Source: an uncultured Gemmatimonadales bacterium (GTDB lineage Bacteria > Gemmatimonadota > Gemmatimonadetes > Longimicrobiales > RSA9). From it: DNA of 64,000 nt. The translations under genes and the position numbers were made by a program. Positions 57,434-64,000 of this stretch are shown in pieces (position 1 is the stretch's first letter; each line of letters starts with the position of its first letter). The notes under the pieces are model-generated. The model ran no database searches. It had not been told where the DNA came from and worked only from the letters and a program-made list of their open reading frames with translations. The DNA is taken from contig CAWCUS010000006.1 of assembly GCA_963798845.1 (NCBI GenBank), forward strand, positions 928,001 through 992,000, given 5' to 3'.

Positions 57434-58525
57434 ATGCCTGACTCGTTCCTCAACTCCGAGGAGTATGATGAACGTGCGCACGTGCTGTACGACCGCGGTG
57501 ACTACGACGCAGCACTCGAGGTATTGAAGGAAGGGCTCCGGCTTTACCCCCACTCCGTCGATCTCTACGTCGGTATCGGCTACACCCGCCTCGCCAGGGA
57601 AGAGTTCATCTGGGCACTCCACGCGTTCGAGAAGGCCATGGTCCTCGATCCCGAGCACGACGACGGGATGGTGGGATACGGCGAGACACTGCTCCGATTC
57701 GGGCGGCGCGAGGAGACCGCCGAGCTGTTCGGCCGCGTGCGCGGCGGACCGGGCGGCGAGGACTCGGAGCTGCTCATGTCCATGGCCCGCGCGCTCTATC
57801 GCGACGAGCAATTCGAAGCGGCACGGGGGTTCTTCGAGGCCGCGCTCGACGCGCAGCCGGATAGCGCCGAGGCCACCGCGGGGCTAGGCTTCGTGCTCCA
57901 CCGCATGGGCAAGGAGAAGGCCGCGATCAGGGAGCTGCGCGCTGCGCTGGCGCTGAATCCCGACCATGTCGAGGCCAGGATCTACCTGGCCCACCTGCTC
58001 TACGACCGGGGCGACTGGCAGGGTGCGCTGGAAGGCTTCGCCGCCCTCGCGCCGGCCGAGCACTGGGACCCGCTGGCGGTCTGGCGGCTGGTTGAGCTGC
58101 ACAAGAGCGTCGGCGGCCTGCGCGACGACGACCCCGAGATCATGGTGTGGGAATCCCGGCTCGACGACCTGGAGGAGACCGCCGATCCCGTGGACGAGCT
58201 TCTCGCCGAGATCGAAGCCATGGACCCGGAGCCGCTCGCCGAGGACGAGGCGTGGGGAACGCGCAGCTCGGCGGCAGCACGCAGCGAGACGGCCGCGCGG
58301 CACCGGGTGCGGCTCCCCGACGGGACGGCGTTCGACGGTTCGTGGCTGGATATCGTCCGGCAGATCCGGGATCAGGCGGGCCGCGCGGGCGAGAGCGTCG
58401 CACAGTTCATGCGTCGCTGGGCGGAGGACACGCGCGTCCGGATCGGCGTGGGCGTTCCCGTAGACGACGCGGAGGGGTTCATCCTCGCCCACGCGCGCGC
58501 AGGGCTGCTGAAGATCGAGCGCTGA
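57434..58525 (+). CDS. Tetratricopeptide-repeat protein
   Basis: Tandem TPR-like helices (ALHAFEKAMVLDPEH, ALALNPDHVEA) plus a distinct C-terminal domain. GGAGG RBS. Confidence 0.85.
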   Translation: MPDSFLNSEEYDERAHVLYDRGDYDAALEVLKEGLRLYPHSVDLYVGIGYTRLAREEFIWALHAFEKAMVLDPEHDDGMVGYGETLLRFGRREETAELFGRVRGGPGGEDSELLMSMARALYRDEQFEAARGFFEAALDAQPDSAEATAGLGFVLHRMGKEKAAIRELRAALALNPDHVEARIYLAHLLYDRGDWQGALEGFAALAPAEHWDPLAVWRLVELHKSVGGLRDDDPEIMVWESRLDDLEETADPVDELLAEIEAMDPEPLAEDEAWGTRSSAAARSETAARHRVRLPDGTAFDGSWLDIVRQIRDQAGRAGESVAQFMRRWAEDTRVRIGVGVPVDDAEGFILAHARAGLLKIER

Positions 58526-58531
58526 ATCGGA

Positions 58532-59509
58532 ATGGACGCATCGGGCCCACTGCGGCCTCTCACGGAGGCGGCGGATTCCATCCGTCGCCTCCACGAATAT
58601 CACACCCTCGAGGAGCTGGGCACCGCCCTGGAACGCGTGCACGTCGCGGTCCAGAGCGTGCTCCGACTGCGCCTCCGGGATGACCCTTCAGCGCCCGAGT
58701 CCGAGCGACTGAGCGCGTTCTCCGAGGACCAGCTCCCCATGGACCGGGTCATCCGCAGCCTTCGCAGCCGCGATCTGATCTCCCTCCACCTGGCGGGGAA
58801 GCTCCACGAGCTCGACGGCGTCGTCGCCAGGGCCAGGGACGGGGACTCGCGCCCCGACGACGCCGACGTCGCCCTGCGGGTGCTGGAACAGCTGCGTGCC
58901 GAGCTGGCCGCTCCGCCCGCACCTGCAACCGGGCCGGGACCGCAGCCCACCCCGCCGCTCGAGCGGAGCGCGGCCCGAGCGGTTCCAGCCGGCTCTCGCC
59001 ATGCGGGACGTTGGATGGCGTGGCTCGGCGCAGCCCTCGCCGCACTCATGCTGGTAGGCTTCGCGTGGGTGCTGCTCCGAGGGCGGGGTCGCGACGTGGA
59101 CGCGGCGATCGTCGCGTTCCGGGCAGGTCGCCTCGACAGCGCGGAGGTGCTCTTCCAGCAGGCGCTCGCGCGCGCGCCGGACGACGTGACCACTCGCCTG
59201 TACCTGGCGCGCATCCAGCGGCGGCAGGGGCGGCTCGACGCCGCAGCGAGTACCTTGCGGAAGGCGGCGGAGGACGCCCCCGACGATCCGGCGGTGCGAC
59301 GGGAGCTGGGGCATCTCTTCCTCGACGTCGGCCACCCGGAGATGGCGGCGCGCCAGTACGAGCTGGCGCTCGAGCGCGCACCGGAGGACGCGGCCAACTG
59401 GACGGCGCTGATCCGCGCCCAGCGGATGGCCGGCGACCCGCGTGCGGACAGCACGCTCGCCCGAGCCCCGGCCGAGGTTCAGGCCGGGTTCGGCGCGACC
59501 GGCGGCTGA
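58532..59509 (+). CDS. Single-pass membrane protein with C-terminal TPR domain
   Basis: Helical N-domain, Pro-rich linker, TM (WLGAALAALMLVGFAWVLL) and TPR repeats. Confidence 0.8.
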   Translation: MDASGPLRPLTEAADSIRRLHEYHTLEELGTALERVHVAVQSVLRLRLRDDPSAPESERLSAFSEDQLPMDRVIRSLRSRDLISLHLAGKLHELDGVVARARDGDSRPDDADVALRVLEQLRAELAAPPAPATGPGPQPTPPLERSAARAVPAGSRHAGRWMAWLGAALAALMLVGFAWVLLRGRGRDVDAAIVAFRAGRLDSAEVLFQQALARAPDDVTTRLYLARIQRRQGRLDAAASTLRKAAEDAPDDPAVRRELGHLFLDVGHPEMAARQYELALERAPEDAANWTALIRAQRMAGDPRADSTLARAPAEVQAGFGATGG

Positions 59510-59542
59510 CCGGACCTTCAACGCCTCAGCCCAGGAGGAAGG

Positions 59543-60160
59543 ATGCCGATGACGGACGACGTGGTGACACGGCTCTACCGGTGCCTCGTGGACCGGCTGC
59601 AGGAGCACGGCTACGTCGAAGGGGAGGGGGTCCGCGTCTCGCGCCTCTACGAGGAGATCGTCCCCTACCGCGCGGTCCGGCATTCGCTCGGTGTGGATCT
59701 GAACGCGGATTACGAGCACGCCCTGCTGCGCCTCCTGGCCGGCGAGCGGGAGCTGGTCCGCCTGGAGCCGGAGTCCGCCCGCGAGGAGCTCAGGCGCGAG
59801 GCGGAAGCCCCGTATCCCGCAGTGGGCGCGTTCCGCGACTACGCCGGCTGCCTGGTCCAGGTGCGCCTGCCATCGCAGGCGACGGAGGCGGAGCCCGGGC
59901 ACGAGGACCCCCCGGCGCCCGGGAGCGATGAGCCCGAGGCGTCGCATCGGACCGAGGCGGCCGCGCCCGCGAGCGAGGAGCCGGCGTCCGAACGCCCGTG
60001 CCCCTACTGTGACGAGCCGCTGCCCCAGGGCCTGAGCGTGCACTTTTGTCCCCATTGCGGAGGGGACCAGGAGCGGATCGCCTGTCCGCGATGCGGCGCG
60101 GAGCTGGAGCGGGGCTGGCGCTACTGCATCGGCTGCGGCGCGGAAGCCCCTCTCTGGTAG
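59543..60160 (+). CDS. Double zinc-ribbon domain protein
   Basis: CPYC...FCPHCG...CPRCG...YCIGCG at the C-terminus. Confidence 0.85.
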   Translation: MPMTDDVVTRLYRCLVDRLQEHGYVEGEGVRVSRLYEEIVPYRAVRHSLGVDLNADYEHALLRLLAGERELVRLEPESAREELRREAEAPYPAVGAFRDYAGCLVQVRLPSQATEAEPGHEDPPAPGSDEPEASHRTEAAAPASEEPASERPCPYCDEPLPQGLSVHFCPHCGGDQERIACPRCGAELERGWRYCIGCGAEAPLW

Positions 60161-60301
60161 GCGCCCGGCTTGCCGATTGCGTTGTCCGTCCGCGCCGCTT
60201 GACGGTGGCAGGAGCCCGTATCTAAGTTCGCGGCTTCCACCGGAAGCAGCGGTCCTGGGGGCCGTTTCCCCGAACCAGAGATCCAGAGGAGGAAGACGCA
60301 T

Positions 60302-60790
60302 ATGCGCGGCACACGTTGGAGCCTGCTTGCCCTCGCGACGATCACGGCCGTGGGGCTGGCGGCGTGTGGAGGTGGGGACCAGGGTGGCGGCGAGACCGAG
60401 TCGGCTCAGCCGGCGAGCACCACGCCCGCGCCCGACACGGGCATGGCCGCGGTCGGGGCGGAAGAAGGAGCGCAGACGGCTGCCAACCTGCCGGAGGGAA
60501 TCACGCAGGAGCAGGTGACGCAGGGCCGGCAGATCTTCACGGGAGCGGGCGGGTGCATCGCCTGCCACGGGCCGGACGCCAAGGGGACGGCGCTGGCCCC
60601 GGACCTGACCGACAGCGAGTGGCTGCACGTCTCCGGTCCCGACTACGACGCGATCGTCAACCTGATCAAGACGGGCGTCCCGCAGCCCGTGAACCACCCC
60701 GGTCCGATGCCGCCGATGGGCGGAGCGAACCTCACCGACGAGCAGGTTCACGCGGTGGCCGCCTACGTGGTCTCCCTCAGCCAGAGCTGA
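60302..60790 (+). CDS. Monoheme c-type cytochrome lipoprotein
   Basis: Lipobox LAAC, CIACH, PDLTD.EWLH and MPPMG (axial Met). Confidence 0.92.
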   Translation: MRGTRWSLLALATITAVGLAACGGGDQGGGETESAQPASTTPAPDTGMAAVGAEEGAQTAANLPEGITQEQVTQGRQIFTGAGGCIACHGPDAKGTALAPDLTDSEWLHVSGPDYDAIVNLIKTGVPQPVNHPGPMPPMGGANLTDEQVHAVAAYVVSLSQS

Positions 60791-60800
60791 AGTCTTGAGC

Positions 60801-61289
60801 ATGCTGCCGACGCCGGAGCGCCCCCGGGAGCGCTCCGGCGTTCCTTTTTCCGCCCTGCTGGCGCTGCTCGCACTCGTTTCTGCGGCCGGGTGCGACCACC
60901 CCCCCGAAATCGGGGCGTCGGTGCATCTCAATGATTCCACGGCCGTGGACCTGGGGCCGGGGACGGCCGTCCACGAAATCCGGATCCGCGGTGGGGAGGC
61001 GACCGACACGCTCGTGCCCGATACCGTGCGCGCGAGACCCGGGGATGCGGTCCGGTTCGTCGCGGGCGACCGGCGCACCCACGCGATCGCCTTTCTCCAG
61101 GACGCTCTTTCGCCAGCGGCGCGGCGCTACCTGGAGCAGAGCATGCAGCTGCGCGGCCCGCCGCTCGTGGATGAAGGGTCGACCTGGGTCGTCGTCCTGC
61201 GCGACGCGCCTCCGGGCTCCTATCCATTCCAGTGCGTCGCCCACGGCGCTCGCGGCGTCATCGTCGTGAGGCCGGGCGGCCCGGACTGA
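60801..61289 (+). CDS. Cupredoxin-like lipoprotein
   Basis: Lipobox AAGC, ARPGDAVRF, THAIAF and PGSYPFQCVAHGARGVIVV. Confidence 0.75.
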   Translation: MLPTPERPRERSGVPFSALLALLALVSAAGCDHPPEIGASVHLNDSTAVDLGPGTAVHEIRIRGGEATDTLVPDTVRARPGDAVRFVAGDRRTHAIAFLQDALSPAARRYLEQSMQLRGPPLVDEGSTWVVVLRDAPPGSYPFQCVAHGARGVIVVRPGGPD

Positions 61290-61292
61290 GCC

Positions 61293-62342
61293 ATGCCCAG
61301 GGTCGCGATCATTCCCGGAGACGGGATCGGACAGGAGGTGACGGCGGAGGCAGTGAAGGTCCTGCACTGCCTGGACCATGAGATGGGGCTGGGGCTCGAG
61401 CTCGTCGAATGGCCTCTCGGCGCCGACCGGTTCCTCGAAACCGGCATCGCCATCACGGCCGCCGAGATGGCGGAGCTGGCGTCGGATTACGATGCCATCC
61501 TCCTCGGCGCCCTCGGCGACCCGCGCGTTCCCGGGAACGAGCACGCCCGCGACATCCTGCTGGGCATGCGCTTCAAGCTGGACCTCTACGTCAATCTCCG
61601 ACCCGTCCGGCTGCTGGCGGGGCAGCAGGGGCCGCTGCGGGACGTCGCCCCGGACCAGCTGGACCTCGTCGTCTTCCGGGAAAACACAGAGGGCACGTAC
61701 GTGGGCATGGGCGGCGTGTTCAAGCAGGGCACGCCCGACGAGGTGGCGATCGAGGAGGACGTGAATACGCGCAAGGGCGTGGAGCGGATCGTCCGCGCCG
61801 CCTTCCAGCACGCTCAGCGCACCGGGCGTCGGGTCACGCTCGCGGACAAGTCCAACGCCATGCGCTTTGGCGGACAGCTCTGGCGGCGCGTCTTCGCGGA
61901 AGTGGGCGCCGAGTTTCCGGACGTCGAGCGCGGCGCCATGTACATCGATGCCCTCGCCATGGACCTGGTCCTCCACCCCGGCCTCTACCAGGTGATCGTC
62001 ACGTCCAATCTGTTCGGCGACATCATCAGCGACCTCGCCGCCGGGCTCGTCGGCGGGCTCGGCCTGGCGCCGTCGGCCAACCTGCACCCCGGCAGGATCG
62101 GACTCTTCGAGCCCGTCCACGGCTCCGCCCCCGACATCGCCGGGAAGGGCGTGGCCAACCCCATAGCCGCCGTCCTCAGCGCCGCCCTCATGCTCGACCA
62201 TCTCGATGAGACCGCCGCCGCCCGCCGCATCGAGGCGGCGGTGGATGCCGCCATCCGCCGCGGCGCCACCACCCCCGACCTCGGGGGCGACCTCAGCACC
62301 GCCGAGGCCGGTGACTGGCTCTGCCGGGAGCTTCGCAGGTAG
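61293..62342 (+). CDS. Isocitrate/isopropylmalate (LeuB/tartrate) dehydrogenase family protein
   Basis: [25 protein letters not shown] and [13 protein letters not shown]. Substrate cannot be resolved by eye. Confidence 0.92.
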   Translation: MPRVAIIPGDGIGQEVTAEAVKVLHCLDHEMGLGLELVEWPLGADRFLETGIAITAAEMAELASDYDAILLGALGDPRVPGNEHARDILLGMRFKLDLYVNLRPVRLLAGQQGPLRDVAPDQLDLVVFRENTEGTYVGMGGVFKQGTPDEVAIEEDVNTRKGVERIVRAAFQHAQRTGRRVTLADKSNAMRFGGQLWRRVFAEVGAEFPDVERGAMYIDALAMDLVLHPGLYQVIVTSNLFGDIISDLAAGLVGGLGLAPSANLHPGRIGLFEPVHGSAPDIAGKGVANPIAAVLSAALMLDHLDETAAARRIEAAVDAAIRRGATTPDLGGDLSTAEAGDWLCRELRR

Positions 62343-62507
62343 GCACGTCGAGCCGCCGCGCATCTTCGCGGCCTCCCGTGAGGCAGCGCCTTCCTCGCGA
62401 TTTCGCGCGGGCAATGCGTGGCCGCGCTCCGGCGTCTGCACTACCTTTGGCAAACGGCAGCTCTCTGCGCCTGCGCTGGCGCGTTGAACCTCACCACCAG
62501 GAGTTCC

Positions 62508-63716
62508 ATGGGAACACAGGGCCACACCACCGACATCGTCTTCCTTTCCGGCCGCCGAACCCCGTTCGGCACGTTCGGCGGCACGCTCAAGGGGTTCTCG
62601 GCCACGCAGCTCGGCGCCATTGCCGCGCGGTCGGCGCTGGAGGAGGCCGGTGTGGACCCGGCGGAGATCGGTCACGTCATCTTCGGAAACGCGCTCCAGA
62701 CTTCGGCGGACGCGATTTACCTGGCGAGGCACGTGGGGCTGCAGTCGGGGGTACCGCAGGAGGTGCCCGCACTCACGGTCAACCGCCTGTGCGGCAGCGG
62801 GTTCCAGGGGATCGTGAGCGCGGCCCAGGAGATCATGCTGGGGCAGGCGGACGTCTGCCTGGCCGGAGGGACGGAGTCCATGAGCCAGGCCCCCCACGTG
62901 GTCCGCGGCGCGCGCTGGGGCTCGCTCCGCCTGGGCGAGGCGGGCGGCTTTTTCGAGGACGTGCTCTGGGAGGCGCTCACGGACACCCAGTGCGGGCTGT
63001 CCATGGCGCAGACCGCCGAAGAGCTGGCGGGCCGCTACGACGTGAAGCGGGAGGAGGCGGACCGGGTCGCGTACGAGTCGCAGCAGCGCGCTGCGCGCGC
63101 CTGGGAGGAAGGTCGCTTCGATGCGGAGGTGGTCGCGGTCACGGTGGAGACACGGAAGGGCCCGGTGGAGTTCCGCAGGGACGAGCACATGCGTCCCGAG
63201 ACCACCATGGAGGCGCTAGGAAAGCTCCGCCCCTACTTCAAGAAGGACGGCCTGGTGACCGCCGGAAACGCCAGCGGGATCGGTGACGGTGCGGCGGCGG
63301 TCGTCGTGGCGAGCCAGGCATGGGCGGAGCGGAAGGATCTGAAGCCGCTGGCGCGGCTGGTCAGCTGGGGCGTGGCCGGTGTCGACCCGCACATCATGGG
63401 GATCGGCCCCGTCCCGGCGGCGCGGAAGGCGCTCGAAGCGGCCGGAATGACGCTGGACGACATGGATCTCGTAGAGGTCAACGAGGCCTTCGCGCCGCAG
63501 GTGGCGGCCGTGGTCCGGGAGCTGGGTCTCGACATGGAGAAGACCAACGTGAACGGTGGGGCCATCGCTCTGACGCATCCGCTCGCTGCCTCGGGTGCGC
63601 GCATCACCGTGCACCTGATCCACGAGCTGCGCCGCACGGGCGGCCGGTTCGCCCTCGGCTCGGCGTGCATCGGCGGAGGGCAGGGGATGGCGGTGGTGGT
63701 GGAAGCGCTGGCCTGA
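62508..63716 (+). CDS. Acetyl-CoA C-acyltransferase (thiolase)
   Basis: RTPFG, NRLCGSG, GTESMSQAP, EVNEAFA, NGGAIALTHP and CIGGGQG. Confidence 0.95.
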   Translation: MGTQGHTTDIVFLSGRRTPFGTFGGTLKGFSATQLGAIAARSALEEAGVDPAEIGHVIFGNALQTSADAIYLARHVGLQSGVPQEVPALTVNRLCGSGFQGIVSAAQEIMLGQADVCLAGGTESMSQAPHVVRGARWGSLRLGEAGGFFEDVLWEALTDTQCGLSMAQTAEELAGRYDVKREEADRVAYESQQRAARAWEEGRFDAEVVAVTVETRKGPVEFRRDEHMRPETTMEALGKLRPYFKKDGLVTAGNASGIGDGAAAVVVASQAWAERKDLKPLARLVSWGVAGVDPHIMGIGPVPAARKALEAAGMTLDDMDLVEVNEAFAPQVAAVVRELGLDMEKTNVNGGAIALTHPLAASGARITVHLIHELRRTGGRFALGSACIGGGQGMAVVVEALA

Positions 63717-63731
63717 GAAAGGAGCTGTACC

Positions 63732-64000
63732 ATGATCCCGATCCTGATCGCGGCCGGTGGCGCGGTGGTGGCGCTTGCCGGGATGATGCTGCGCGTGCTG
63801 CGCGAGTACGAGCGTGCGGTGGTATTCCGCCTCGGGCGCCTGCGCGAGCCCCGGGGGCCCGGCCTGATCGTCCTCTGGCCGTTCGGCCTGGAGCGGATGG
63901 TGAAGGTGCCGCTGAGGATCGTGGCGATGGACATCCCGCCGCAGGACGTCATCACGAGGGACAACGTGTCGGTGAAGGTGAACGCGGTGGTCTACTTCCG
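63732..64000 (+). CDS. SPFH/stomatin (slipin) family protein, truncated by the window end
   Basis: Translation [36 protein letters not shown]...GPGL...[19 protein letters not shown]. Not in the ORF track because it lacks a stop. Confidence 0.9.
   Translation, partial: MIPILIAAGGAVVALAGMMLRVLREYERAVVFRLGRLREPRGPGLIVLWPFGLERMVKVPLRIVAMDIPPQDVITRDNVSVKVNAVVYF

Overview
A high-GC bacterial chromosomal segment with about 59 protein-coding genes. I found no rRNA, tRNA, CRISPR array, integrase or transposase. The gene content (plug-only TonB lipoprotein, duplicated MacB-type permease, VPS10/BNR proteins, many HEAT-repeat proteins) suggests Gemmatimonadota or a similar group; this is inference. Recognisable blocks are arfB, ggt, a MATE pump, a TerC protein, purE-purK, a TetR-controlled TolC/HlyD/ABC efflux operon, a complete cheA-cheY-cheW-MCP-HEAT-cheR-cheB-hybrid kinase cluster, an ECF sigma/anti-sigma/HEAT module, hydantoinase B, an HD-GYP regulator, mrdA, a cytochrome c and cupredoxin pair, a LeuB-family dehydrogenase, a thiolase and a partial SPFH gene. 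Three signals stand out. (1) An unannotated ~300-nt transcription unit at 37054-37392 has its own promoter and terminator, extensive base-pairing, and a 14-nt perfect complement of the consensus 16S rRNA 3' end in front of a 21-codon ORF. (2) An operon joins an NTT/TLC-type nucleotide transporter-HEAT-cNMP fusion, a two-component pair and a signal-peptide-bearing atypical kinase; a second secreted kinase lies at 5802-6668. (3) A membrane-anchored, catalytically degenerate half DEAD-box domain is fused to a cold-shock domain. Two genes (rhomboid and MCP) carry single-base frameshifts that may be sequencing errors. All calls come from reading motifs by eye; no searches were run.
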